Positions 26,224 through 41,900 of a DNA stretch of 64,000 bases are shown piece by piece (the stretch's first letter is position 1; each line of letters starts with the position of its first letter). A program made the position numbers and the translations under genes. The notes under the pieces were generated by a model. It searched no databases, was not told the origin of the DNA, and worked only from the letters and a program-made list of their open reading frames with translations. Location of the stretch: the NCBI GenBank assembly GCA_964057225.1, contig OZ059895.1, positions 13,826,001-13,890,000 on the forward strand, given 5' to 3'. The DNA comes from Auanema rhodensis (lineage: Eukaryota; Animalia; Nematoda).

Positions 26224-28263
26224 TATAAATTATCAAAGAAATATAATAATCAATATTATATATTTCTATTTTACTAACTATATATGCTTTATATAGGTTA
26301 TATTTATTTATTTAACAAACAGAAAGAACTATGTATATGATGAAAACAATTAAAATAAAATAAAAAATTCTTTTTTTTTTTGTTTTAAATTTCAGATTTT
26401 CTTAAAAATATTTGGATGACCTTGTCAAACTTGATTATTACTAATATTCCTTAAATATTTTATCTTCTTTATTATTTTCATTTTAAGGGAGGTGAATGCC
26501 GATATGCTTCTTAAAACCTGTTTCTATAGATTTGTGACGTCACAAACTAATATTTTGTTTTCTATAATATTCTATATTCTATATTATATTTAAAATAAAC
26601 TTTATTTATAATTTAAATATAAATAAATTATAAATTATATATTTACATAAATAAAGTTATTAAATTGAAGATGAACTTGATTTGCAGAATTTTCAAAGAA
26701 AACATATGATAGAATGTGTTTTTGATTATGCTATATAGTTATGTTTATAAGCCTGATTATATGACAGTTCGAATATGATAGACTAATCAACTAGTCTTTC
26801 CTTCTCCCCCCTTTTATAGATTATAGACTTAGATCTGTATGTTCCTTTTTTTATCTTTTAAACTAACTAACTAACTAACTAGCTAACTATATCATATAGT
26901 TAGTTAATCTTTTTGAAAATTCTTTTCTTCGCTTCTCTTTCAACTTTGATTTTTCTCTTTAAGTTCAATTAAGAGATATAAATCTCTATTTTAATATCAT
27001 AATTTTCATGGTAATAAAACAAAGAAAACGAGTGAAAGGAAGTCAAGATGACAAGGTCAAGTCATATTCCCTCCATTCATTCTATCTCATCCCTTCTATC
27101 AATTTCCTCTTCCTCTCACTCTCGTATGTTATTTTCTTTTTCATTCTTCTATTTTTTCAATATATTTTCTCTTATTTTAACATTATATTCGATTATAGCC
27201 TAAGGCAATACACATATATACACTCAGGTTTCACATTATATATATGAAACTTAAAGCTTTTATAACATTAATTTATAAAATTATTAGCTTATCAATGTGA
27301 ATGAAAAACTCACAGCTTTGTATAGCTTACTTAGCATTATGAATTCTCTATAGTTCTTCCTCTGTTACTGTTTTCTTTGTCTATTCGTTTCACTTATTGT
27401 TCTTTAGCTCAGTTGTCTAATCCTTCATATACTTCAGTTTACCTGATGAATTCAGATGACAAGAAAATGGAAAAACATCTTGTTTTCCTTTCAAAATGCC
27501 ATTTCCATTTGATCTCTATCGTTCTGACTCATTGCATATCGTTTGTACCGTTGGGTAATTCGAAAATCCAAAACACGGTGATCAACAAGACGTCGAAACA
27601 AGATGCCATCATCTTCATAAACGAGGACGTCATTCAATTCAACCTCTTCACTTTATCTATAACTCTTTTTTTTTTCTGATATTTTGATCATTTATACATC
27701 TTCATTCCTGTATTTCTTAGTAACTTCCAGCTTTTCCTTCTTATAATCCAGCTTTCTTTCAATTTATTTCAATGAAATGCATAAAGCAAATCATTAAACA
27801 TTTTTTGTTTTTCCTTAACGACTGACATCGTCTTCGTTCTATTATGACTGATCGTTCCCTCGGTTGCCTTACCTAGTTCCCACGCCCAATTCAGTCAATC
27901 TCTTCATGCCTATGTTGTCAATCTACAGTCTAACTATCCAGTTGCGTCATACCCGGTTGGCAAACTCGTTTTCTCGGATCTCGACTTCATTCAAAGCACT
28001 TCTAATTGTCTGAATTCTCACTCAATTCTATTCTATTTCTTTATTCACGTAACTATTTCAAAACGTGAAAAGCGAGACCTATGAGACCTATGTTAGAACC
28101 GCTTCATCATCTCATCTGAGGACATACAATTATTTTTTCTCACCAATCAGTATTTCTTATTTTCCTAAAGAAGTATTTCTCGATCATTTCTCTTATTTCT
28201 ATTTCATTTATCCTCCTTTTCCTCCTTTTCCTCCCAACTTTTCAAACATTTATTTCATTTAGA

Positions 28264-31200
28264 ATGGTCTCTTTGGCAGCCAAATTCTCACTACTACTTT
28301 TCCTAACCTTATATCATTATATAAATTGTGTTAAAATCATAGATAATGGATTAGCACCACCTGAAATAGTTCATTCACCAATTTCTTTAAAACGTAAGTT
28401 CTTCTTCTTCTTCTTATTTTATAAAAAAAAATATTTTCTATATATAGCTCGATGTGTTATACATGCTCCACCACTTGATCTAATATTCATTCTTGATAGT
28501 TCTGGATCACTTCGAGATAAATTTCAAGATGAAATTGATATTATACGTCGTATAGTTAATCATGTAACAATTGGAGATTCTGCTACTCGTGTAATGCTTG
28601 TTCAATTCAGGTTTTTTCAATATTTTTATTTTTTTAATTTTAAACATTTTCTTTGAAATATTAGTGGAACACAACATTTGGAATTTGATTTTCATAAATT
28701 TACTTCTCGAGAAGAAATACTTGAAGCTTTAAATGTTTTACGACATGTATCTGGAATTACACGTATTGGTGGTGCTTTTGAATTTACTTTGGACAAAATG
28801 CTCGATTCCAGCACTGTAAGACATGTGGTTTTTTAAAAAGATTATTTTCTTACAACAGGGAGTACGTGATGCTTCTGTACCGAAGATTCTTTATCTGCTA
28901 TCAGATGGACGAACTCATGATTTCCCGAAAGATTGGGAACAAGCTGATCTTGTTCGCAGGTTTCTCCTCCAAATACTTCTGTCTTCACATATTATTCTGA
29001 AATTTCAGAAAAGTTCCTAACATTGATATCTGGGCTTATGGTACTGGTGAATATGTAGCTATGACAGCATTAGTTAACTATACAATGGTTTTAACTATAT
29101 TTCTAAAACATTTTCAAATAATTTTATAATTTAGGATGCAACAAAAATTGTAACAAATAAGAATCTTGAACAACTTGAACCTCAATTTGATCGTTTTCGT
29201 GGAACTGAAATTTGCGAAAAAATTCCAAGTATAGTATAGTATAGTGAATATATTATATATTATTATAATATTTAGCTTGTGTAAAAGGATCTGATAAACC
29301 ATTAGATATGGTTTTACTAATTGATGCATCTGAATCATTAGATCAATTGTTCCGAGATCAAGTCAAGTTTGCTATTGATCGAGTTGTTTCAAATATTAAT
29401 ATTCATCCAGAAGCTGTAAGGTATGTTATCTATTAATTATAGAAATTAGCATAATTTACTTTATTTTTAATTAAAATATAGACAAATGCGGTTGTATTTG
29501 AAAATGTTTCTCTTTACAGATTAAGTCTTATAACATATTCTGGAAATTTCTTCAAACATTTTGGTTTTAATGATTTTCATTTTGGTAATAATACAGCTGT
29601 TGGTGAACATTTAAAAACATTAAGATCAATTAAGGTTAATTATATATTAAAATTATAAATAATTTATTATAAATTATAAATTATAGGGTACAACTAATAC
29701 TCATTTAGCTTTAAAAGAAGCTATGAATCAATTATTAACAACTGATCCTAATGCTGGAACTCGTTTAGGAGTTCCAAAATTGGTTCTTGTACTTACTGAT
29801 GGTCATTCAGCTAGATCACCATTAGGTACTGCTATTCAATTACGTGAAAAAGGCATGTTTCTTCTTAAATAAGAATATTAATTATGAAATTCAGGTATAA
29901 TCATATTAGCTGTGAGTGTTACTCCTCGTCCATTGGTTGATGAAGCTGAGCTATTGATGTTAGCTGGAGATCCAAGTCGAGTATTTACACCAAAAAATAT
30001 ACAAGTATTTTATAATATATAATCCAATTAAATATAAAATTATAGGATTTTGAAAAGGAATTTACCAAATATGTTGGATTTGGTTGTGAAGGTGTTAGTC
30101 TTGGAGCTGATTCTAGTATGTTAGATACAGGTAGATGGATTACATACAAACATCTTCAGAACCGCAGATTCGTGGTGCAACTGATGTTACATGTGACGCT
30201 CATTCTGTTACATTCACTGTTAGAACTCAGAAGCCAATGCAAGGACTCATGTATGCACAATACTATCATGATGATGAAAATTGTGTTTTAGTAAGATTAG
30301 AAAATCATTTGAATATGAAAAACATGAAACATGTTCAGGTAACAAGAGGTGATACTCGTGAAGTAACAATAACATTACGTGAAGGAACATGTGGAGTTAT
30401 CAAAACCCCAACAGCTGTATGAGCATCATCTGAATCTTCGATTTCAAATTTTTTCCTTTTAGAATGAAGCTGGAATTCAATTTAATGTTACAATCATTTT
30501 ACAATTTCATCCTTTGATAATGACAAGAGCTGATCAGGTAAAATATTAAAAATATTTTGAATTTTTAAATTTTTTTTTAAAATTTCAAGGGTTTGGATGT
30601 AAATTGTATTTTCAATCAACCACCAACAAGACAAGAATTAGATAGAGCTGTTATTAAACGTTTAACTGATACAACATGTTCATATACATTACACAGGTTT
30701 TTTCCAAAAATTTATTTTTTTATTTCAAAATTTTAAATTTTTGAAGATATAATCCACAACAATGTGTTGCATTAGATGCTAAAGTTGGAGAAACTTTATA
30801 TCATAAATGGACATGTGATACACGTAATTCTTTTTTTTTTTTTTTTAAATTAATTAATTTTAAAAATTAATTTTTAGCTCCACAATATAAATATTTGGTT
30901 CATGATTGTCAAGCAAAATCTGAACGAAATACAGTTCAAATAATTGATTCTAATGGGTATTTTTTTATTTTTTAAAATAATTTTTTATAAAAATTAAAAT
31001 TTAGTTGTGAAATTGATCAACATTTTGTCGAAACACCTAATTATTCACGATTTGAAAGAGATGGAAATGATATTATTAACTATGTATTCCAGGTTTTTAT
31101 AATTTTTATTTTAAAATTAAAAAAAAAAATTTTTTTTAAAGGAAATGTCTGTTTTCAAATTTCCCGGAGATGAAAATATTATTTTCCGTTGTCGAATTTC

Positions 31201-31669
31201 ATTATGTGATATGGAAGATCAAGATGCCGGATGTGCAGAGCAATTGGTTTTCATCAAATTTGATTTTGAAATGAAAATTTCTGAATAATTTCAGCCACCA
31301 AAATGTGCTGATAAAGCAAATACAATGAAATTACAGCGATCGAAACGGGATGATTCATCTGATATTCCAGGAAATACCACAAAGACCCCGATATTCCATC
31401 TTGATAAGCAAACAGTTAAGTTCTACAGTATACTAATAAATAAAAAATAAATAAATAATAATAAAAATTATAATTATAGATGCATCGTAATACAAGAAGA
31501 CATAATATAGTTGATACAAAACATGGTTTTGCTTTAACAGTTGAAGTAGAAACAAGGTTTCTTTCTTCTTCTTCTTCTAATTTTTCTTTTCTTTTTCAGA
31601 ACATTAAATATTCTTTTGGGTGAGAATGTACGACCAAAGAATTCATTGAAATATTGTGATATATCATAA
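28264..31669 (+). CDS. Cuticlin-like secreted matrix protein: signal peptide, two VWA domains, ZP domain
   Basis: Signal peptide and IDNGL. VWA1 LDLIFILDSSGS...GITRIGGA...LLSDG. VWA2 LDMVLLIDASES...GTTNTHLAL...VLTDG. ZP CDAHSVTFTV...LQFHPLIMTRAD...VGETLYHKWTC...VHDC...IDSNGC...VFKFP...FRCRISLC. Furin site RSKR. Ends KYCDIS* with no obvious TM anchor. Confidence 0.9.
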
Positions 31670-32357
31670 GAATATAATTCATATTAATATCATTTGTTTG
31701 TGTATTTTGATGAAAAAAAAGAAGAAAACCATATGATTTCACCCATTCTTTCTTTCTAATAACGGGTATTATATTAGTATAAATCACATATGTATGTATA
31801 TGTATAGTTAGATAGTATATTCTACATTTTCTTTTTTTTTTTTTAGAAATAAATGTTGTTATATTATTCTTATAAAATATATATTTTCTCTCTCTCTCTC
31901 TCTCTATCTCTCCCTCTATACATCGTGACCAACTCACAGATAAGTTTAATCGTATGACATGAAGATAGAAAAGCAAGAAATAGTGAATATGAGTACGGTG
32001 GTCTTTAATAAAATTATAAATTTCATTGTTTACACAATCATAATCAATTCGTTAAGTTGATAAGTTCTAACTTTGCTCCGAAATCATACTAAAGAGGAAT
32101 TTTGTGTTCAGAAATGAGTAACCAGAAATGCTTTTGCCAAGAAGGGAGGAAAAGCATTGATCAGACCACCACCAAATCAAGGAATAGAGGATAAGTCAAA
32201 AGAAATAGTTTTATGGATATGATTGATCTTCTTCTGATTTCAATTAGAATTTCAATTTTATTTGAATTATTAGAGATTTTCAGACTTATTCTTAAGTTAA
32301 TATAATATTTATTAATAAATAAATTTATAAATACAATAAAATAAAATATAATTTAGT

Positions 32358-33273
32358 TTATAAATTCTTTTGTGTTTCATCTTCTATATTTGTTTCCTCA
32401 ATCGGCATGAGTTGATTATCTTCACATATCTTCGTTTCTCGTTTTCCAACATATTTTTTAAGTTTAGGAACAAATTTTTGTTTACAAAAAAATATAATTT
32501 TAATAATTATACAAATTATATTAAATATAAAAGCTATAATAATATAATAATCTGATATATAACTTTTACGTAAAACACCAATTGCACATAAAACTGTATG
32601 TGATTTATCTGTATTTCTTGAACTTAAAATTAAAATTTTAATTATAAAAAAAAAATTAAAAAACAAACATATTTCTTCCATCTTGTGTTTTTCCCCAATA
32701 TTCTTTATTTCCTTTTATTCTTGTAACTGGTACTTGTATCATTGATTGAAGTTCTAAATGTATACGAACAGTCTGAAATATGAAATTTCCTTTTTCAAAT
32801 TCAAATTACTTACATCTTCAGTTATACATTCAATAAAACTATAATCATGTATTGAATGTGATACATCATATTCTAAATAATATCTGAAAAAATAAAATTT
32901 TATGAAATAAAATTTCATTTTCATTACGGAAATCCAGATTTATAGAAATGTGATTGAGCTACAATCACATCTTCATTCTGTCCAGCATTATTCAAACTAT
33001 AACATTTCAAATGTTCCGTTTCACATATAAATATTCCAAATGAAAAATTAATTGTTTCATAAATGATTGTATAATCTATAATAATTTATAAAAAAAAAGA
33101 AAAATAAAATATTAAAAAATACTTTTAACTGCAGATTTATCAGCTAATAACTTAATAGTTTCTCCATCTTCAGCATAATATATAATAGATTGATGTTTTA
33201 AATTAATATCAGCTTTAATATTAGATAAATATAATAAAAATAATAAAAATAATTGATGAAATATAGAATACAT
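32358..33273 (-). CDS. Orphan 245-aa type I single-pass membrane protein
   Basis: Five exons (33273-33123, 33075-32928, 32883-32814, 32772-32669, 32622-32358; 738 nt) join in frame via GT-AG introns. Signal peptide MYSIFHQLFLLFLLYLSNIKA, beta-rich ectodomain with 4 Cys, TM YYIIIAFIFNIICIIIKIIFFC, basic juxtamembrane tail. Confidence 0.75.
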
Positions 33274-34360
33274 TAGATATTTTAATAATAATAATGATAC
33301 TTTGATAAGATATATATATAGTAATATGAATGATAACATATTCTTATTATCTATAATGACTAATAAAATATTTATAAGATATAATTTATTATAAATAAAA
33401 ATGTATTTTAATTGTTTTTATTTCTTCATTCTCTTATAATATCAAAGAAAGATTAAATTTCTTAATGTTTCAACTTTTCAATTCATTTTTTGTTTCTCAA
33501 AAAGAAATTATCAAATGAAGATAAGGAAATTCTTATATTATAAGATAATAACATTTATATTATAGTAATTTATAAATCAATATGAATAAGAAAGGATATG
33601 AAAGACAAGATTCAGATGGAGACACATCAATACACGACATAGGACATCTGAAGTCTTCCTTTACACTTCTTCAAATTATTGTAAAAGTTAAATTATTCTA
33701 TTTTTACTTTATTGATGTTATACTTAACAAATCTCATAATAATCTAAAGACTACATTGAATTTAAATTGAAATTCTTAACTATAATTGGTTATTAAGAAG
33801 TTATTATTAATTATTTTAGAAAGAATATTATATTAAAATTAAAGTTTTAATGTAAAAAACATAAGAAGAAACATCAATATGATCAAGAATTATATGGAAA
33901 GATATTCCTCATGAAAGTATTTTTCAAATATTTGACGTCTTTTTCATTATTTGAAACTCGAATATTTTTTAAAATATACTTTGTATACATAGTATGTTTC
34001 TCATAAATTTAATATTTTATTTGTTCTTAATAACAAAAATTAATTTCATAACAGAAAACATGATAATCAATTACATATATGTATAGATAATCTGAAAAAA
34101 TTCATTTTCTTTGGAAAATTTTTTGTTTAAAATAGAAAAAAAAAGAAATTTTACTATTAATTATGTGATAGATAGAGATAAATAGTTATGAGTTCATGAA
34201 AAGCCTTATTTATGGCTTCGAGGTATTCAAAATGAACACAATAGACTCTCTTCATCATTATGTCATTATATATATTTTAAATATTATTTTATATAATACA
34301 AGTATGAGAGTAAATGAAAGAGATTTAGAAAGAGGAAGATGGTAGTGAGAGATTAGTTTT

Positions 34361-34421
<61 letters not shown>

Positions 34422-34447
34422 AAAGAGAGAAAGAGAGTTTTCAGAAT

Positions 34448-37400
34448 TTACACATATCGTTCTCGATCAAAATCCCGTAAGAAGGAGGCCAGACGTGAAT
34501 CTATTACAGGTCCAGACATGCTGGACATTGTGCCTGAATTATCAGATGAAAATCGGCTGATCGTCAAATTTGGAGATGAAACAGATGAAGGGCTGAAACC
34601 GATTTCAGATTCATCATCAATTGATAAATCACTATGTCGTGAAGATGAAGGTGAGTAAATACGGGTTATTAAGCCTGTTACTGTTAAAGCTAAGAAGAGT
34701 AATGCTACAACTCCAAGTGTAATTTGACTTGTGGCTACATCAGCTAAACGATCTCTAAATTCAGCTCCACGAGTTGTTAAATCAACTTCTGTTGATAATG
34801 CCGATGTTAAAGCTTTAGCCATAGCTGAATTAGGATGACGACTTCGACGAGTCAACAGTAAATCTGATCGATTTTGGGCTTGACCACAGATAGGAGGCTA
34901 AAATAAAGATTATTAGTTAAATATAATTAAATATAAGTTATACCGTAACACCTTCACATCCATCACCATCACGAGTACATAAACTTAATTTACAAACAAA
35001 TCTAAAAAAAGAAATATTAGAAGTAACTTGATTATAACTTTGAGATGTTACTTAAGAGATTCAGTATCTTTAAAACCAAAAGCATGTGAAACAGCAAAAG
35101 CTACAAGCTTTTCATCTTCATAAAATGGATCAGATAAAACAATTAAATCTGATGAACATCTATAAATATAAATATTTGTTGTTGAATATTTAAATTTTCT
35201 ATTTATACCCTCGATTATCAACAATTGGATATTTTTGTTCAACATCATCACTTGCAAAACAGTTATGAACTTGAATACCATATACATGATTTGCTTCTAA
35301 AATTAATGAAAAAATAAAAAAAAAATTTTGTTTTAGCTAAACCATCTCCTCCATCACATTCCCATCTATGATATACAGTTTGGCCAACTGTGGCTTTTGA
35401 TATAACAGGACCATCTGGAGAATCTTTACGTATAGAATACGTACATGTAGGTGGAACAGATGAAAGAGAAATCGTCTCAGCAACTGTTATTTCACTGAAA
35501 AAAAAGTTTTTTTTTCATCTGATTTTGAAATAATTTTGAAGAATATTACTTCTTAGTGACATCAAGATTTGTTGAAACTTCAGCTTCATTTGATTCTCCT
35601 GTTCCAACAAAACATTGAAGAAGGAAAGCTCTATCCTTATCAGTTCGAAGTGTACGATCATGTACCAAATGAAGAATTAAAGTAGAATTAATACCTTCAG
35701 GTAAAATCTATAATCAAATTTGAAATATTATTGATTGATTGATTGATAAACATACGGATTTTACTTTCTGAACTTCACAATCTTCAGAAGAAACATTGAA
35801 ATCAATAGTTTGATTATTTGTTTTCTTAGAAAGTGGTAGAATAGCCTTTAAAGAAAAGTAAATTTTGAATGATTTCAATGGAAAATTTCATACTTTTCGA
35901 CATTTTTCATTTTGTTCTTGTCCTTTAACAACAACATGTCCCATATAATCTGATGGTAAATTTAATTGAATCTGAAAAAAATATTTTTAATTTGAAAAAA
36001 AAAATTTTTTTTTCGAAAAAACCTTAAATCCATCTGGTGCACATTGTAAATTAATAAATTTATTATTATTATTATTATTATTATTTTGATGATTAACAAC
36101 AATTGGTTGAGATGTTACTGTATGTTCTTCTGAAAAAATAAAAAGAATTTGAGAATTTGAGAATATTTTGAAACCTTTGTCTTCATCTAAATCATTAATA
36201 TCAACAGGTTTTACAGGTTGAATGATTTCCATTGAATCAACATTCTCTAATATCGTTGGATTAGCTGTAAAAATTTAAAATATACCAAAGAAATGAGAAA
36301 TAAATGGTTTTACTTGGAGTTGAATTGGATGATAAACGAATTCTTTGAGCCAATTTAGCAGCTAATGGAGCATTAGGTGAGCCATCTAATTGGAAAACAT
36401 TCTCAGTATCACCTAGAAATATCCAATTTTATAGAAAAATATTCAAAATTTCTTTAAAAACCAGCAAGATTAAGTAAATATGATGGATCAGCTTCTAATG
36501 TTGCTATAACTAATACAGTCATATTATTCTGTTTTGCAATTTTCACAGGCTCTTGAATACGATCATCAGATTCTCCACCAGTTAGAATAATTAAAACATT
36601 ATCAGCATCAGGACGATCACCCTATATATATATAGATTAATATAATAAATAATTATAATTATTACTCTTTTCTTTGTAAAAGCAAACTTTGAAACTTTAT
36701 CTAAAGCTTTACCAAGCATACTTTGACCCTGAAAATATTGAAAAAACTTTAAAAAGAAAGAAGAAAAATAAAGATTCAACCATCATATATTCAGTATCAG
36801 CAATATCATCCATTAACCATTGTTTACAATTATGTTTTCTTAATGAAAATTCAAGATATGGTTCAATATTGTATTGAACAAGTGAAAACTAAAATAAAAA
36901 CTTGAAAAAGTTTGTTTTTTGAAATCAAAAACCTGAACTCCATCTGGTCCAATGTTATGGAAGTAATCAACAGTATGAAGAATTAGAGTTATAGCATGCA
37001 TAAACTTATCTTCATCAAATGAAGATGATGAATCTAATAAGAATAAGACATCACTTCGATTTTGATCATGAATATCATTTGGTGTTGGACATTGACCTTA
37101 AAAGGTTTTTTTTAAAAAAAAAAGAAAATAGATGTATATGGTTGGATATACCTTGTGGAAATACAACTGATTCTGGTTGCATTTGAACATCAGGTGATGT
37201 TGAAACCTTAAATGATTTTTCTTTTTTTTTTAATTTTCAAATAAAATAAAAAATATTTTGAAGTGCAGTAATGTGAAATAGCAAGATGAAGAAAGAAGAA
37301 GCATAAGCATACATACCTCTATTGGAATTAATGTTACAACATTTGAATTATTTGATTGTGAAGTGATATTATGAGATGTTGACAAGTGTTCAAAAGGCTC

Positions 37401-38874
37401 ATTATGATTGAAAGGTTCAAATGGTTTTGTATTATTATCAATAACACTTGATTCTGATGATTTAGGTGTAGATGATGATGGTGGTGCTGACGTCGATGTT
37501 GATTCTGATGTTGATTCTGATATTGATTCTGATGTCGATGTTGATTCTGATGTAGATGTTGATTCTGATGTAGATTCTGATGTCGATGTTGATGTTGAGT
37601 TAACATTGAATGTATTAGGAGAAACTTCAAATGGATTCATATCACTATGAGATACGGTAGATACACTTGAAGTTGACGTCAATATCGTTTCAGTAGTAGA
37701 TGATTTGAATTCTATATCGTCATCAGGTTCAGATAGATCAACGATAGATAGCTTTGGAAGTTTAGTTGTAGTGATTGCAGATAGACTATCATCAGTATTG
37801 TCTTGAGGTGAAGCAGAAGCAGTGGAAGTAGTTATGATATGGATAGTTGGTGTTGTATGTGTGCTTGTCTGAAGTGCATTGTAAAAAGAAAGTATAAAAG
37901 CATTAAACTAAATAGAAATCATTATCTAATTAAATCTATTAAATATGAATTCTAATAAAGAATAAGCATTCTACTAACTATACTATATAGTATTAAAGCA
38001 TCTAATATGTAAAGTAAAGCGAAAATATAGGCAAAAGCTTTGATTATGATATTATATTCAATCAATATTTGTTTGTTTTTTTTAATTAAATATAATATCA
38101 TATAATCAATTATAACTGTTTTCTATTTCTTTGATTACTTGTATAGTTGTGCGTGCAGTGGAAGCCTTTGATTCAAATTTTTCGAAAGCAGTTTCATCGA
38201 AAATTGAAGTTGTTCTGAATTCGCTCTGTAACCATATACATATATTCAATATATAACATATAGTTATTTCTTGAAAGCGTGATTATGTGTTGTGAATATA
38301 ATGAATTCAATATCTCTCTATACTCTCTAGAGAGGTAATAGCATACCTGAGTTGTTCGTTCACCACTTGATGGTAGCTCATCCACATCATCTTCGGGCAT
38401 ATGAATTACATCAGTTTCACTACTATCATAATCATCATCAGGATATGGTGTTGTTACAACTTTAAAATTTAATTTTTCATTTCAAATTATTTTTTAAATT
38501 TACCTTCTTTAGTCATTAATTCAAGTTCTTGTTTATTTGTTGTTGTTGTTGCTGTTGTTGGCTTTGTTATTGGAATACTAGCATCTTGATTTTCAGTATC
38601 AATTGTATTTTCTAATTCAAAATCGATTGTTGTCTAAATTTCAAAAATAAATAAATAAATAATCAATCAATCAATATACCGTTCGTGGTTTCTTTGTTGT
38701 TGTTGTTGTTGTAGTTGTAGTAGTAGTTGTTGTTGTTGGTTGTCTAAATAATAATTATTATAATCATTCCAACTTAAATTGTTTCAAGTTTCAAGTTTTA
38801 AAAAAAAGGTAAATTTACGTTGTTCGTCTTTGAGTTGTAGTTGTAATAGGTATTGTTGTTGTAGTAGTTGGTTC

Positions 38875-38907
<33 letters not shown>

Positions 38908-41900
38908 GGATGGAGTCGTAGTTGTAGTTGTAGGTACTGTTGGAGGAGGAGTTGGTCTACTTGTTGATGTTGTAGTTCTTCTCTGAAAAATTTAAATTAT
39001 TAAAAATAATAAAAAAATTGTAAATATACCGTAGTTGTTGTAGTTGAAGGTTCATTAGTTGTTTGTATTTCAATTGATCTTTCTGTAGTAGAAGTTGTTG
39101 GTCTTTCTGTAGTTGTTGTTGTTGTTGGAGCAAAGCTTGTTGTAATTATAATTCTTCTTGTAGTTGTAGTTGTAGTTGAAGGTTCAATTGTTGAGATTTC
39201 GGTTTTATCACTTTCAAATTCTTTTAATCCTTCTTCTAAAAATTTTTTTTTTTAATTTTAAAAATTTAAAATATTCTTGTTTACCAATAAGTTGAGTTAA
39301 ATCATCTTCAGTTACATCTGTACTTATTTCATCAATTGTTTGTCCAAGATTCTTAGCTATTTCATCAACAAGAGCTTGTTCAAGTTCTTTTCTTAATTCA
39401 TTATCCATACTATTCGTTACGGGACCACGGAATCTAAAATAAAATTTATATAATTAGAGATAATTACTTCATTACCTATTCAATACAACAGGTATAGCTC
39501 GATCAAGTTCACTACTAACAGCTTTATTCAATGTTGTTCCAATTTGTTGATCAGGTGAACTAACCATTGCTTTGACTTCAACTATATTCGTGGGACCTTT
39601 CTCCATCATGTTCTAAATTTTCTTTTTTTTTTCTTTTTTTTAATTTTAAATTTACTTCAGCTGTTCGTGAATCAACAAATTCAAGACGATCACGGTCAAA
39701 ATCTTTTGTAATTACTATTGGATTAGCATTCGTTCCAGGACCTCTGAATTTACTTTTTATTCTTTTCATTTGAAAATGTTTTAAGGTTACCCATGAGATG
39801 TTCCTACTCCAAATGTTCCATGGAATGGTCCAAGTTTGGTTGAAGCATGAGCAGATGGTCTTTTACCATCTTTAGCATTCAAAAAGATGTGAACAATGAT
39901 GTTATTCACTTCATTTGAATTCTAAATTTTAATTATTTTATATAAATTTTAATAAAAAATAAAATTATAATTTGTGTTAAAACTTAAAAATTAAAAAATA
40001 ATAAAGGTTAGTATCGAACCGAAATAGTATTAGAGGGATTCTGATGTGGTCGACTAGTTGAAGATCGTGTTCCAATGATTACACCCGGCTTTGCTGTAGT
40101 TACGACGATTCCTTGATGACTTAGAGGAGGAGGAGCTGGTGGTCTTGGTTCCGAATTCTAGAAAGCTTTAACTAAGAAAAACTAAATTATAATATGTTGA
40201 ATCTTAGCAGATGAATGTTAGATAGCACAGCAAACATGAATTATCGGAAAATCAAAATGAATCAAAGATAAATTGATTGTCCGACAATGAAAATTGTGAG
40301 TTAAGATGATAATCCGAGTGAATATATCAGGATGACAAGAGAAATAGAATGTTATCCTTCTCTTACCCTTTGAGAAATTGAAACAAGTGCTTGTGATCCT
40401 TCAGGCCATTCTGATTGTGAAGTTGTGTGATGGTGTTCTGAAGATCTATAACCAGCAGAAGACGATCTTGTTGTATAGATATTCGGTGAAGGTGGTTGAA
40501 GTGTTGATGAAACGGTGTTCGTGTAACTGTTAAGAGGCTTCACAGAGTTATAATCTGATGATTCTGAGGATGTTTGAGCTTCATATGGATCAACACGTTG
40601 TTCTTCAATACCATAAGATGATCGTGTAACAGCTGGCCGAGTTGTAGTTTCAAAACGACGTGAAGTAGTGCTAGTAGTAACTGGAGGATAATAAGGTCTT
40701 TGAGTTGTAGTTGTCGGTGGACGATACGGTTGACGAGTTGTAGTAGTCGTTGGACGATACGGTTGACGAGTTGTTGAAACAGCATGACTGTTATAAGCAT
40801 CTTGTGCTTCATAACCAGAAAAGTATTTAGGGTTTGGTTGACTTGAAGGTGGAGAACTTGGTAATATGGAAGTATCTTCTTTCGATTCGTACAGATCAGA
40901 TTCATAAAAGACTTTTGATCGTTGGGTTGTTGATGTGGAGATTTGGTTACTGTCATATGATAAAGCATTGTCTTTAGTCGTTGTTGCAACCCATGGCTTT
41001 ATGGTAGAAGACTTCTCGATGCGATTTGCGTCATCGTCATCAGGTGTTAGCCACATCTCTTGATATTCTGGTTTTGGTTTGATAAACATAGGTCGATGAA
41101 CAACATCAGATTGGGGCATTGAATGATGACCAGCTTGTTGATTGGCCATGAAAAATCGTTGTGGATGTTGCTCTTGCAGTTGAGCAAGACGCCAATCATT
41201 GAAGACGTCAGGAATAGCATTAGAAAGATGTGGAGAGTGCTGTAGAAATGGATTAGATTTGATGTGAAAAAAACAAATTAAAACACAGCAAACGTGTTAA
41301 TTTTTATAATTTTTGGTTGAAATTCACACTCAAATATTAGTTTTTGTAGTTTATTTTTAAAAAAAATTAAATTATATATTATAATATAAGTTAAATTTAT
41401 AAAAAAAAACTAAAATAACATAATATGTAATAGTTAGAATTATTTATAAATCAACTAACCTTTGGTGGTGCAAAATTAGCATTTGTCTAAAAAAAAAAAA
41501 GAAAGAAATATATATAACTATACGTATAAATTAAAAATAATAAAACATACTTGTCTAAATGGAGGTTGAAATCCTGGTCGTTGTGATTGAAAACCATTTG
41601 AATATGGTCTATAAACAAATTAAAAATTAATATAAATTAAAGATAATTAGAAGAGAACCCAGAATTACTATAACTTCGAGGAGGTTGGAAAAATGCTGCA
41701 TGTGGTGGAGCCTTAAAGATAAACATTTCAAATAAATATTTGAAATATCATACTTGATATCCTCTTGATGGAACGGGTCTTGGTACTGGTGGTACTGGCT
41801 GTCGAATCACAGGTGGAGATGCAGAATTAAAGTTAATTCTTTCAGCTCCATATAAATCATTTCGTTCAAATTGACAAGAGATCTTTAAAAATAAAATTTA

